Part shown: positions 26,425 through 34,872 of the stretch, piece by piece | Layout: the number at the start of each line of letters is the position of its first letter | Position numbering within the stretch: the stretch's first letter is position 1 | Source: Deltaproteobacteria bacterium | Lineage (GTDB): Bacteria; Desulfobacterota; Anaeroferrophillalia; Anaeroferrophillales; Tharpellaceae | Direction: 5' to 3' | Length of the DNA stretch: 64,000 nucleotides | NCBI GenBank assembly: GCA_016938065.1 | Contig: JAFGVI010000113.1 | Location: 3,256-67,255 of the forward strand | Translations under genes and position numbers: made by a program | The notes under the pieces: model-generated | Told to the model about the DNA's origin: nothing | What the model saw: only the letters and a program-made list of their open reading frames with translations | Databases searched by the model: none

Positions 26425-27800
26425 TGCGTAGAGAAAAACAGCTTAAAATAGTCGTTGTTGATGATGAGGAACGGGCTGTTGAGGGCTTGGTAGAGCTTCT
26501 TCGGCTCGATGGTTTTGCGGTGACCGGTTACAGTCAGCCGGCTCTGGTTCTGGAGCATCTGCGGCGGGAGTCGATTGATATTCTGTTGACGGATTTGAAA
26601 ATGCCGGAGATTGACGGGATTGAGCTTCTGCAGAGGGTCAGGTCTCTGGAGGCCGGCATCAGCGTGGTTATGATAACCGGGCAGGGAACGGTAACCGATG
26701 CCGTGGCCGCGATGAAAGCCGGGGCCGATGACTACCTGATTAAACCGATCAATATTGATGAGCTGGAGATCACAATTGCCCGGATTGCAGAAAAACGTGA
26801 GCTTCTGGCGCAAAATCAGATTCTGCGTGAATTCTCCAGATCACAGATCGAGCACTCCGATTTCATCGGTCGGAGTCTGGTGATGGAAAAGATTTTTCAG
26901 GCTCTGCGCGATGTGGCTCCGACCATGGCCACCGTTCTGATTGAAGGTGAAACCGGCACCGGTAAGGAGCTGGTGGCTCGGGCTTTGCACCGTCTCGGAT
27001 CGCGCTCGGACAAACCCTTGATTACGATTAATTGTGCGGCTCTGCACGAAGGTTTGCTGGAAAGTGAGCTTTTTGGACATGTCAAAGGTTCGTTTACCGG
27101 GGCGGTACGGAACAAGCAGGGTAAATTCGCTTTGGCCGATGGGGGAACAATCTTTCTTGACGAGATTGGGGATATGGCTCTGTCCGTCCAGGCAAAACTT
27201 TTGCGGGTGCTGGTTTCCGGAGAGTTTCAGCAGGTAGGCGGTGAGCGTACGCATTATGTCGATGTCAGGGTTCTGGCCGCGACCAATAAGGATTTGCGGG
27301 CGGCGGTGGCGTCGGGTAAATTTCGTGAAGATCTTTATTATCGTCTCAATGTTATTCAGTTTACCATGCCTCCATTACGCGAGCGTCCGGGCGATGTTGC
27401 TCTGTTAGTTAAATATTTCTGCGACAAGATTGCCCGGCGGGAGCAGCGTCAGGTAGCCTCTCCGGATCGGGCGGCCATGCGGCTTCTTGAAGAAGCTTTG
27501 TGGCCCGGAAATGTGCGGGAACTTGAAAATGTTATTGAGCGAGCCGTAATTTATGCCAAGGAGCGCCCGATAAGCATCGCGGATCTGCCCGAGTATCTGC
27601 AAAAGGGCAAAGATTCGGGTCGGGCTCAGGCTCTAAAGCCGGAAAGCGAGGTTCCGTTTGCCGGCCAGACGCTGAAAGAGATGGAGAAGCGGATGATCCA
27701 GTCAGCACTTAAGCGTTGTCCGAGCAAAGCCCAGGCGGCCCGGGAACTTGGCATCAGTGTGCGGAAAATCGAGTACCGCATTAAGGAGTGGCAATCTTAG
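26424..27800 (+). CDS. sigma-54-dependent response regulator (REC-AAA+-Fis HTH; FlrC/FleR-like by context)
   Basis: It has a REC domain (VVVDDEE, DLKMPEIDG). The AAA+ domain shows GETGTGKE and ESELFGHVKGSFTGA (a GAFTGA variant). The C-terminal HTH is SKAQAARELGISVRKIEYRIKEW. Confidence 0.9.
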   Translation: MRREKQLKIVVVDDEERAVEGLVELLRLDGFAVTGYSQPALVLEHLRRESIDILLTDLKMPEIDGIELLQRVRSLEAGISVVMITGQGTVTDAVAAMKAGADDYLIKPINIDELEITIARIAEKRELLAQNQILREFSRSQIEHSDFIGRSLVMEKIFQALRDVAPTMATVLIEGETGTGKELVARALHRLGSRSDKPLITINCAALHEGLLESELFGHVKGSFTGAVRNKQGKFALADGGTIFLDEIGDMALSVQAKLLRVLVSGEFQQVGGERTHYVDVRVLAATNKDLRAAVASGKFREDLYYRLNVIQFTMPPLRERPGDVALLVKYFCDKIARREQRQVASPDRAAMRLLEEALWPGNVRELENVIERAVIYAKERPISIADLPEYLQKGKDSGRAQALKPESEVPFAGQTLKEMEKRMIQSALKRCPSKAQAARELGISVRKIEYRIKEWQS

Positions 27801-27803
27801 TGC

Positions 27804-27830
27804 TAAAGTTTTTATGGTTATGGTCGATCA
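27804..27830 (+). promoter_or_regulatory. sigma-28 (FliA) promoter
   Basis: TAAAGTTT-N11-GTCGATCA. It is near-identical in sequence and spacing to the promoters at 33845 and 38414. Confidence 0.65.
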
Positions 27831-27922
27831 CATAAATTATAGGTAGCTGTTTCGTTATGGTGCGGGCAGTTTTTAGCTGCTGCCAAAACAGATTTCGATA
27901 ATCAGGATGATGAGTTGTAGTT

Positions 27923-28261
27923 ATGTTTGACGTCAATAAGCCAGTCAGTAACATGCCGGTAGCCGATATTGTGGTACAGTCGGTTTCGCCCAGGAGCCAG
28001 CTCTCTTCCGGTGGCCGCCTGCTGAGTAAAAGTCTTGATTTTAGCGGGCGGGTTATTCAGGTCCGCCATGGACGGCAACGTTCCCGGCGTTATTCACCGA
28101 TTGCGTACAGTGGAACTAATCGACGGCAGCCGCGGGATCAGCGCCGTATGGCCCGAAGCGCGGATGCGCCGGGGGATCGGGTAGTCACCCTGCTGGTTCC
28201 GGCGGGGGCTCAACTGGACAGCATGATCGGGCGTGAGGCGTTTCTTAAAATATCAGATTGA
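27923..28261 (+). CDS. hypothetical basic (Arg-rich) 112-aa protein, candidate sigma-28-dependent gene
   Basis: This is the only ORF of at least 60 aa in the 27801-28252 gap on either strand. It lies ~90 nt downstream of a strong sigma-28 promoter match. No family was recognised. Confidence 0.4.
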   Translation: MFDVNKPVSNMPVADIVVQSVSPRSQLSSGGRLLSKSLDFSGRVIQVRHGRQRSRRYSPIAYSGTNRRQPRDQRRMARSADAPGDRVVTLLVPAGAQLDSMIGREAFLKISD

Positions 28262-28654
28262 GCGTCGGTGGGTATTGATAAACTCTTTTATTTTTTCAAA
28301 GGTTTTGCGGCTGGTGGCATGTTCGAGACGGCAGGCATCAAGTTCAGCCGTTTCATGATCAAGCTGCAGAACCTCCGTCAGAAAATCATAGAATGTTTTA
28401 TGACGCTCGCCGATTTCCCGGGCAATCTTCTCTCCGGCTTCTGTTAAGGTCAGATAGCTGTAACGTTCGTAATTGACGAAACCTTTCTCGGCCAGACCCT
28501 TCATGGCGCCGGTGACGCTCGGCATCTTGACATTGAGCCGTTGCGCGACATCCTTAACCCTCGCAACTCGCTGTTCTTTCTGGAGATTCAGGATTACTTC
28601 GAGGTAGTCCTCCATGTTGGACGTCAAGCCTTCATGGTTTTCATTGTTGTCCAT
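28253..28654 (-). CDS. DtxR/MntR-family metal-dependent transcriptional regulator
   Basis: ATG at 28654 (MDNNENHEG...) is preferred over the track start 28735. The motif MEDYLEVILNLQKEQRVARVKDVAQRLNVKMPSVTGAMKGLAEKGFV...LTEAGEKIA is the typical DtxR N-terminal HTH plus dimerisation region. There is no SH3-like tail. Confidence 0.8.
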   Translation of the reverse strand: MDNNENHEGLTSNMEDYLEVILNLQKEQRVARVKDVAQRLNVKMPSVTGAMKGLAEKGFVNYERYSYLTLTEAGEKIAREIGERHKTFYDFLTEVLQLDHETAELDACRLEHATSRKTFEKIKEFINTHRRSI

Positions 28655-28918
28655 GGCGTGCCCCTTTTCCCTGCGCAAGCTGAAAGTCCCTTCCCGCTTA
28701 AGTTTCTTAGTGTAAGATAAGTTCAATAGTTGCACTTACCCTGTTTGTCAATTAATTCCGGCATTGTCTTCTTTTTTGTTTGCGGTATAGTTGTTGCAAG
28801 GTATGGCTTGTAAGCATGTCCTTGCGGGAGGTTTTGCCGATAACTGGTCGGTGGTCCGGCAGTCCGGCGCTACTTTCGGGCATAAGTGTTTTTTGGTTAT
28901 AAGAGATCAGGCTGAAAA

Positions 28919-29698
28919 ATGAACCATGATATCTATACGGCTCTGAGCGGTGCCCTGGCGAATGATCGTCGGCAGGAGGTGACTGCCAATAACCTGGCAA
29001 ATATCAACAGCAGTGGTTTTCGTCGTGATGTGCCGCTTTTTGCCACGGTCTATGATCAGGTCAGCGGCAATAATCGCGTCCCGGAAAAAAGTCAAAAGGT
29101 GCTTGAACATAACGGTTTTGCCGTTCATGCGGGAAACTGGATTGATTTTCAGACCGGAGCTATGCAGGATACCGGGAGTCCACTGGATCTGGCGCTTGAC
29201 GGCGATGGTTTTTTTGTTATGAAAAAAGTAGCTGACGGAAAAATCTACTACACTAGGGATGGTCATTTTCGTCTCAATGAGCAGCGCCAGATGGTCGCAA
29301 TGAATGGTGATCAGGTTCTGGCCGCCGGAGCCAAGGATGAGCCCCTGGTTCTGGTCGGGCAAAATCCTGGAGTTCCGGAAGATATCAAGATCGGAAAACT
29401 CGGAGACGTGATGGTGAACGGGCAGCCGGTCGGGGCGCTGCGTCTGGCGTTTTTTGCCGACGCTCAGGGACTGCAAAAGCTGGGTGATGCCGGTTTTGTG
29501 GAAACCCCGAGCTCGGGTCCGCCGGTGCCGGCCGAAAATCTGGTGGTCAATCAGGGGGTGCGTGAACTTTCCAATGTCAATGTTATCGAAGAGATGGTCA
29601 GTATGATTGAGATTGCCCGTCAGTATGAGGCGCAGCAAAAGGTTATAATCAATCTTGACGAGATTAATAAACAGGTTGCCCAGGGGATTGTTGGCTGA
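28919..29698 (+). CDS. flgF: flagellar basal-body rod protein FlgF
   Basis: The rod-protein N-terminus (ANNLANINSSGFRR) and C-terminus (SNVNVIEEMVSMIEIARQYEAQQKV) are present. It lies directly upstream of flgG. Confidence 0.85.
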   Translation: MNHDIYTALSGALANDRRQEVTANNLANINSSGFRRDVPLFATVYDQVSGNNRVPEKSQKVLEHNGFAVHAGNWIDFQTGAMQDTGSPLDLALDGDGFFVMKKVADGKIYYTRDGHFRLNEQRQMVAMNGDQVLAAGAKDEPLVLVGQNPGVPEDIKIGKLGDVMVNGQPVGALRLAFFADAQGLQKLGDAGFVETPSSGPPVPAENLVVNQGVRELSNVNVIEEMVSMIEIARQYEAQQKVIINLDEINKQVAQGIVG

Positions 29699-29782
29699 TT
29701 CTTTGACATTTTCAATGAGTGTGGTTCTTGGGGAGCTGCTTTTTCAGTATACAGCCGGCATTGCCGGGCAAGGAGAGAAGAA

Positions 29783-30571
29783 ATGATCAGAGGTTTGTTC
29801 ACCTCATCCACCGGGATGACGGCTCAGCAGTTGAATATCGATGTGATTGCCAATAATCTGGCCAACGTCAACACGACCGGTTTCAAAAAAAGCCGGGCTG
29901 ATTTTCAGGATTTGATGTACCAGACCATGAGTCGGGCGGGCACCACTTCAGCCACTGGCGAGGAGCTTCCGACCGGGGTGCAGGTCGGGCTGGGGACTAA
30001 ACCGGTAGCGGTCTATAAGATATTCAGTCAAGGCAGCTATCAGGAGACCGGCAATGAGTTGGATATGGCGATTGAAGGTGATGGTTTTTTTCAGGTACTG
30101 CTTTCAGACGGGACCACCGGTTACACGAGGGCAGGTACATTTAAACTGGACAGTACCGGAAATCTGGTAACTTCGGACGGCTACCCCATGCAGCCTGCGA
30201 TAAATATTCCCAGCGATACCACTCAAGTTACGATCACGGCGGACGGCACGGTATCGGTGATTCAGGCCGGGCAGGCAACTTCAACTGCCGTTGGCAATGT
30301 CGAGCTGGCCAGTTTTTCCAATCCGGCCGGTCTCAATGCCGTGGGGCGTAATCTTTTTCGGGAGACCGACGCCTCCGGAACGGCCACCACCGGAACTCCG
30401 GGAGCAGATGGTCTGGGGACAATCAGTCAGGGATTTCTTGAGATGTCCAATGTTTCTGTCGTGGAAGAGATGGTCAACATGATTGTCGGGCAACGGGCCT
30501 ATGAGGCCAATTCAAAATCGATTCAGACCTGTGATGCCATGCTGCAGACCGCAACCGGTTTGAAACGTTAA
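29783..30571 (+). CDS. flgG: flagellar distal rod protein FlgG
   Basis: The N-terminus is [36 protein letters not shown] and the C-terminus is [28 protein letters not shown]. Confidence 0.92.
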   Translation: MIRGLFTSSTGMTAQQLNIDVIANNLANVNTTGFKKSRADFQDLMYQTMSRAGTTSATGEELPTGVQVGLGTKPVAVYKIFSQGSYQETGNELDMAIEGDGFFQVLLSDGTTGYTRAGTFKLDSTGNLVTSDGYPMQPAINIPSDTTQVTITADGTVSVIQAGQATSTAVGNVELASFSNPAGLNAVGRNLFRETDASGTATTGTPGADGLGTISQGFLEMSNVSVVEEMVNMIVGQRAYEANSKSIQTCDAMLQTATGLKR

Positions 30572-30603
30572 TAAACTGGAATAAACCGGGAAAAGAGAAG
30601 GTT

Positions 30604-31377
30604 GTGAGGTTGGTTTTTGTGATGATAACGTTTCTAAGACAGGGGTGTTGCCGGAGCGTCGGCGGTAAATGGTTGGCGTTAATATTTTTACTGGCATGGA
30701 CGCCGGGCGCGGCGATGGCGGCTTCGGAGTCGAAGGTGGAAGCTCTGATTCCGTCCTGGCATGCTGAAGTGCTGGCCGCGGTGGAGAAAAGTTTACCGGC
30801 AGTCGCAGAACTGACTCTTGAAGATGCAGAAGATTTAACGGTTTGGCTGAGCGCAAATGCTGAAGGAGGTCGTTTTTCGGTCGCGCAGGTGGGTTGCTGG
30901 AATAAAAAGAATGGTATTGTTCCAGTTCAGCTGGCTTTGGATTGTGGTGGAGCTAAGGAGGTTCGCCGCTGGTTTAAAGTAAAGGTTAACGGTAAAGAGA
31001 GGGTGTTGCTGGCAAAAAGAGATCTGGTTCGGGGGGAACCCGTGCAGAGCTCTGATTTTATCTCCAGCCTGGTCAACTGTCAGGATTTAAGTCAAGAGGC
31101 CGCAGCGTCTGTTGAGGAGGGGATGATTTATCAGTTAACCGCAAATCTGCGGGCCGGTACGCCCCTTTTCAGCCGGTGGCTGCAGCCGTTTTGTCTGATT
31201 AAACGGGGTGAGCTGGTCCAGGTGTTTCTGGAGCAGGAAGGTGTCAGAATCAACACGCGGGGAGTGGCTATGGGCAATGGTTCTCTGAAGGAAGTTATAA
31301 CTATAAAAAATCCGACTACGCGGAAATTTTACCAGGCCCAGGTCACCGGTTCCGGGGAAGTTACAGTGGTTTATTGA
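30604..31377 (+). CDS. flgA: flagellar P-ring assembly chaperone FlgA
   Basis: GTG start. The C-terminal SAF/FlgA region is LIKRGELVQVFLEQEGVRINTRGVAMGNGSLKEVITIKNPTTRKFYQAQV. The gene lies between flgG and flgH. Confidence 0.8.
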   Translation: MRLVFVMITFLRQGCCRSVGGKWLALIFLLAWTPGAAMAASESKVEALIPSWHAEVLAAVEKSLPAVAELTLEDAEDLTVWLSANAEGGRFSVAQVGCWNKKNGIVPVQLALDCGGAKEVRRWFKVKVNGKERVLLAKRDLVRGEPVQSSDFISSLVNCQDLSQEAAASVEEGMIYQLTANLRAGTPLFSRWLQPFCLIKRGELVQVFLEQEGVRINTRGVAMGNGSLKEVITIKNPTTRKFYQAQVTGSGEVTVVY

Positions 31378-31420
31378 AATAGTGCAGGTGGTCAATTATG
31401 AAGATCGATTATCGCTATTT

Positions 31421-31555
31421 AGCGCCCTACAGGTTATTTTCGTGTTTTTTTTCAACATTTTTTTCAACAACAAAAACAAGAAAACGTTCTGATAAGAGCA
31501 CTTGTCTGCAGGCAGACGAAATCCGTTTGGGTTGCGGGATGGTTCCCGCATTAGG
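31421..31555 (+). repeat. copy A of a ~135-nt repeated intergenic element
   Basis: It aligns along its full length with 52461-52594. The 5' ~83 nt have 7 mismatches and 1 gap, the centre is variable, and the 3' TTGGGTTGCGGG-hairpin-CCCGCATTAGG is conserved. Confidence 0.85.
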
Positions 31556-32258
31556 TTTAATGTTGTTGCTTGGCGCACTGGTCGGGGCTGGCTGTGCGCA
31601 GTCGACGGTTCGTTCACAGGGCGTAGTACCGGTGGTTCGCCCTCAGGCGCCGGGCCCGGCTTCCGCATCAGGAAAGACGGCACCGCGTTACACTAATGGT
31701 TCCCTGGTCAATCTGGAGCAGGCCGGGCAGGATGATTTTGTCCAGATATTCAATTCCAGGCGGGCCCGCTATGTTGATGATATCGTTTATGTGCTAGTTT
31801 CTGAGGACTTTCGCGGCACGGGCTCGGCCTCAACTTCAAGTGATGGCAAGAACAGCAGTAAATATTCAGTGCCCGGACTTTTTGCCCTGAAAAAATATCT
31901 GGGTGATCTCGGGCAGATGGATAACTGGCTGGATACCGAAAGGAGCAATAAAACCTCGGGCGCCGGAGCTACGAGTCGGAGCAACACCCTGACGGCTAAA
32001 ATTGCCTCGCGGGTGACAGAAGTGCTGCCGAACGGAGATTTTCGCATAATGGGGACTCATTTTACTCAGGTGAACAATGAAGATCATTTTGTCACTATCT
32101 CCGGTATTATTCGTCCAACCGATATTTCAGCCGACAACTACATTCTTTCCTCCGCTATTGCTGAAGCCCGCATTGAATACAGCGGTACCGGAACGATCGG
32201 CACTAAACAGGGAGTGGGCTGGGGCACTAAAATTCTCGATCTGGTCTGGCCTTTTTAG
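31539..32258 (+). CDS. flgH: flagellar L-ring lipoprotein FlgH
   Basis: ATG 31539 gives the signal peptide MVPALGLMLLLGALVGAGC with a lipobox. The track start 31398 would read through the repeated non-coding element. The FlgH core NGDFRIMGTHFTQVNNEDHFVTISGIIRPTDISADN is present. Confidence 0.85.
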   Translation: MVPALGLMLLLGALVGAGCAQSTVRSQGVVPVVRPQAPGPASASGKTAPRYTNGSLVNLEQAGQDDFVQIFNSRRARYVDDIVYVLVSEDFRGTGSASTSSDGKNSSKYSVPGLFALKKYLGDLGQMDNWLDTERSNKTSGAGATSRSNTLTAKIASRVTEVLPNGDFRIMGTHFTQVNNEDHFVTISGIIRPTDISADNYILSSAIAEARIEYSGTGTIGTKQGVGWGTKILDLVWPF

Positions 32259-32281
32259 GAAATTAGGGAGAGTTTGAGATT

Positions 32282-33391
32282 ATGCGAAAAAAATGTCGGT
32301 ATTTACTTTTCCTGATTTTAGTTGGTTTGCTGCTGGCTGATATGGCGGCTGCGGCCCGGCTCAAAGATATTGCCCATATTAAAGGGGTGCGGAGTAATCA
32401 GCTGGTGGGTTATGGTCTGGTGGTGGGGCTGGCCGGGACTGGTGATGATACTAAGAAAGGTAAATTTGCCAGTGAAGCGATGGCTAATATGCTCGATAAA
32501 TTCGGGATTTCTGTTGATGCCGCAACTATCGATCTTGATAATGCCGCAGCCGTCATGCTGACGGCTGAACTGCCGCCTTTTTCCCGTAATGGCTCGCGTC
32601 TGGATGTTCTGGTTTCATCAATTGGTGATGCCAAGAGTCTGCAGGGAGGAACCCTGATGCTGACTCCTCTGCGCGGCCCCGATGGTCGGGTCTATGCCAT
32701 GGCTCAGGGGGCGGTTTCGGTGGGAGGTTTCAGTTTGGGTGGGGGAGGTGGCGGTCAGCAGACTAAAAACCATTCTACGGTAGGACGAATTGCAAACGGG
32801 GCGATGATTGAGCGTGAACCGCCGTCAACCCTGTTTGTTGACGGGAAAATCGTCTTGACGTTGAATATGCCGGATTTTATGACAGTCTCGCGGATTGCCA
32901 AGGCCATTAATGAAACCTTTGAGCAGAAAATTGCGCTGCCGGTCGATTCCGGAACCATTGAAGTGACGCCGCCCAGTCAGGAAAAAGAGGTTCTGATTCC
33001 TTTTCTTGCGGTGGTCGAAAATCTTCAGGTCACACCCGATACCCGGGCCCGGGTCGTTATTGATGAACGTACCGGAACCGTGGTTGTGGGCCGCAATGTT
33101 ATGCTTGATGCCGTAGCCGTGGCCCATGGTGATTTGAGTATTCAGATTTCCGCTATGCCGATTGTTTCGCAGCCGCCGCCATTTTCGCAAGGGACGACTG
33201 TGGTCGGCAGCGAAAAACAGGTTGAAGTAGTAGAAGAGCCTGGTAAATTAGTGGTAATGCCGCGCGGTGTAAATATTGATGTTCTGGTTAAAGCCCTGAA
33301 TTCGATCGGGGTTTCCCCCCGCGATCTGATCGCTATTTTCCAGGCGATCAAAGCTTCCGGCGCGCTGCATGCGGAGCTAGAAATTATTTAA
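32282..33391 (+). CDS. flgI: flagellar P-ring protein FlgI
   Basis: A signal peptide is followed by RLKDIAHIKGVRSNQLVGYGLVVGLAGTGD. The C-terminus is SPRDLIAIFQAIKASGALHAELEII. Confidence 0.93.
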   Translation: MRKKCRYLLFLILVGLLLADMAAAARLKDIAHIKGVRSNQLVGYGLVVGLAGTGDDTKKGKFASEAMANMLDKFGISVDAATIDLDNAAAVMLTAELPPFSRNGSRLDVLVSSIGDAKSLQGGTLMLTPLRGPDGRVYAMAQGAVSVGGFSLGGGGGGQQTKNHSTVGRIANGAMIEREPPSTLFVDGKIVLTLNMPDFMTVSRIAKAINETFEQKIALPVDSGTIEVTPPSQEKEVLIPFLAVVENLQVTPDTRARVVIDERTGTVVVGRNVMLDAVAVAHGDLSIQISAMPIVSQPPPFSQGTTVVGSEKQVEVVEEPGKLVVMPRGVNIDVLVKALNSIGVSPRDLIAIFQAIKASGALHAELEII

Positions 33392-33417
33392 AGACTGAAT
33401 TTGTTTTCTGGTATAGG

Positions 33418-33433
33418 TGGTATAGGCTTTGCA
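33418..33433 (+). promoter_or_regulatory. sigma-54 (-24/-12) promoter upstream of the flgJ-like gene
   Basis: TGGTAT-AGGCT-TTGCA with exact GG-N10-GC spacing. It is preceded by a tandem duplicate TGGTATAGG at 33409-33417. Confidence 0.6.
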
Positions 33434-33467
33434 ATTTAACTACCAGAGAGCAAACAGGAGGAATAAA

Positions 33468-33833
33468 ATGCCTACCGGAGTGCTCCCGTCCTTTTCTGCC
33501 GGGCTGGTTTCAACCGATAATTTAACCGCAGCCGTCAGCCGGCGGAAAATGCAGGTTGAAGATGCGGCGGCTGCGGGCAAGTCAGGTGCTGAGCGAGATG
33601 CAAAACTGCAGAAGGCCTGCCAGGGTTTCGAAGCAATCTTTTTAAACGTAATCCTGCAGGAGATGCGGAAAAGTATTCCCGAAGACGGACTTCTGCCGAC
33701 CAGTAATGCTTCTCGTACCTGGCAACAGCTCTTTGACAACCAATTAGCCGAAAACCTGGCCTCGCGACAGGAGATGGGGGTAGCGAAAATGCTCTATCAG
33801 CAGCTGCAGGGGATGGAGGGCGGAAAGAAATAG
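33468..33833 (+). CDS. FlgJ-like rod-binding protein (no muramidase domain)
   Basis: ATG 33468 follows AGGAGG. The rod-binding domain pattern is present (ACQGFEAIFLNVILQEMRKS...QQLFDNQLAENLASRQEMGVAKMLYQQL). At 121 aa it has no glucosaminidase or peptidase part. Confidence 0.8.
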   Translation: MPTGVLPSFSAGLVSTDNLTAAVSRRKMQVEDAAAAGKSGAERDAKLQKACQGFEAIFLNVILQEMRKSIPEDGLLPTSNASRTWQQLFDNQLAENLASRQEMGVAKMLYQQLQGMEGGKK

Positions 33834-33844
33834 AAAAAAATTAC

Positions 33845-33871
33845 TAAAGTTTTTTCTCGTCTGGTCGATAC
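33845..33871 (+). promoter_or_regulatory. sigma-28 (FliA) promoter upstream of flgM
   Basis: TAAAGTTT-N11-GTCGATAC, 44 nt upstream of the flgM ATG. Confidence 0.7.
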
Positions 33872-33914
33872 TGGGGGCGAATGTTTTTTTTGTCGACTCC
33901 AGTGAGGTGCAGAA

Positions 33915-34232
33915 ATGAGTATTAGTAATGTGGGTTCAGCCCTTTACAGTGAAGCTTTGAAGGCGCTTGATACGACCCGGAAAGCCGATCAGACAAAAAA
34001 AGGCGGGGTCGCAGTTTCCGATGGTCGTCAGGCTCAAGGTGACAAGGTGACAATTTCTTCCCGGGGCAACGATCTGGGGCGACTGGCCGAGTTGGCCAAG
34101 GCCGCTCCGGATATCCGCAGTGAAAAGATTGCCGAGCTGAAAAGCGCCCTGGAGGATGGTTCTCTCAAAGTGGACAGTCGTGAACTGGCCGCTAAGATGT
34201 TCAAGGAGATGGCACTCGAATCCTGGCTCTAA
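33915..34232 (+). CDS. flgM: anti-sigma-28 factor FlgM
   Basis: 105 aa with the C-terminal region RSEKIAELKSALEDGSLKVDSRELAAKM typical of FlgM. It has a sigma-28 promoter upstream. Confidence 0.85.
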   Translation: MSISNVGSALYSEALKALDTTRKADQTKKGGVAVSDGRQAQGDKVTISSRGNDLGRLAELAKAAPDIRSEKIAELKSALEDGSLKVDSRELAAKMFKEMALESWL

Positions 34233-34278
34233 AAGCAAAAATTTTATAAATGTGTGGAACATACACATTATTTTCGCA

Positions 34279-34312
34279 GGCTCGGGATTGTCACAATCGC
34301 GGGCCTTTTTTA
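34279..34312 (+). terminator. rho-independent terminator after flgM
   Basis: GGCTCGGGATTG-TCA-CAATCGCGGGCC (one mismatch, one G-T pair), followed by TTTTTTATT. Confidence 0.6.
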
Positions 34313-34375
34313 TTGGCTGATTGGTGTTGATTGCAAATTTCTTTAGATTTGGGTGCAGATCCCTGAGGAAATATT

Positions 34376-34861
34376 ATGTTACAGCACTATCAAAGTTTGG
34401 CGCAGTTGTTGGAAAAGGAAATTGTGGTTCTTACTGAGGTAGCCGAATTTTATGAGGTGCTGGCTGAACGTCTGGATGACGGACTTCTGACGGCCTTGCC
34501 TGAGCTCTTCGCCGGGGGCGCACGTTCCAGTGACAATCTAGCCCGAATCGCAGCGGAAAAGCGCCTTCTTCTGGCCGCAATTGGAGTGACCTCATTGAGT
34601 CAGCTTTTAGATCCTGAGCGTCCGGTCAAGATTCGCCGACTGGTGGGTCTGCGTGGGCATGATATTGCTGCGCTGAGGCGCAAAATTGCGGCTAAAGGGG
34701 ATGTGATCGGTCACTCTTTGCAAGTCATGCAGATTGTCAATCAGAGGTTCTGTGATTTTTTTCAGCAGCTGCGCCCGGCCACAATCAGCTATCAGAGAAG
34801 AGGGGCGATGGCTGATCATAAAGGTTGTTACAGTGGTGTTGCCTTGAACGGGTTAGCTTAG
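34376..34861 (+). CDS. FlgN-like export chaperone (tentative)
   Basis: 161-aa helical protein (LAQLLEKEIVVLTEVAEFYEVLAERL...) in the canonical flgM-flgN-flgK position. The assignment rests mainly on context. Confidence 0.5.
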   Translation: MLQHYQSLAQLLEKEIVVLTEVAEFYEVLAERLDDGLLTALPELFAGGARSSDNLARIAAEKRLLLAAIGVTSLSQLLDPERPVKIRRLVGLRGHDIAALRRKIAAKGDVIGHSLQVMQIVNQRFCDFFQQLRPATISYQRRGAMADHKGCYSGVALNGLA

Positions 34862-34872
34862 GAGAGTGTAAA

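Noticed and set aside
27923-28261. PilZ-like reading of the orphan ORF (RRQPR ... LDSMIG)
   Set aside because: RxxxR is present, but the second motif is DSxxG rather than DxSxxG. Only 9 residues follow it, too few for a PilZ barrel.
28836-28843. Perfect GCCGATAA (-10 of sigma-28) upstream of flgF
   Set aside because: The -35 position reads TGTCCTTG (3/8 to TAAAGTTT) and does not resemble the three strong local promoters. It is too weak to call as a promoter on sequence alone.
31496-31510. Sigma-54-like GCAC-N4-(C/T)TGC inside both copies of the 135-nt repeat (also about 52536-52550)
   Set aside because: The -24 GG is AG or TG and the spacing is one base short in both copies. It does not fit sigma-28 spacing either (TAAA to the TCTGATAA box is 13 nt, not 15).
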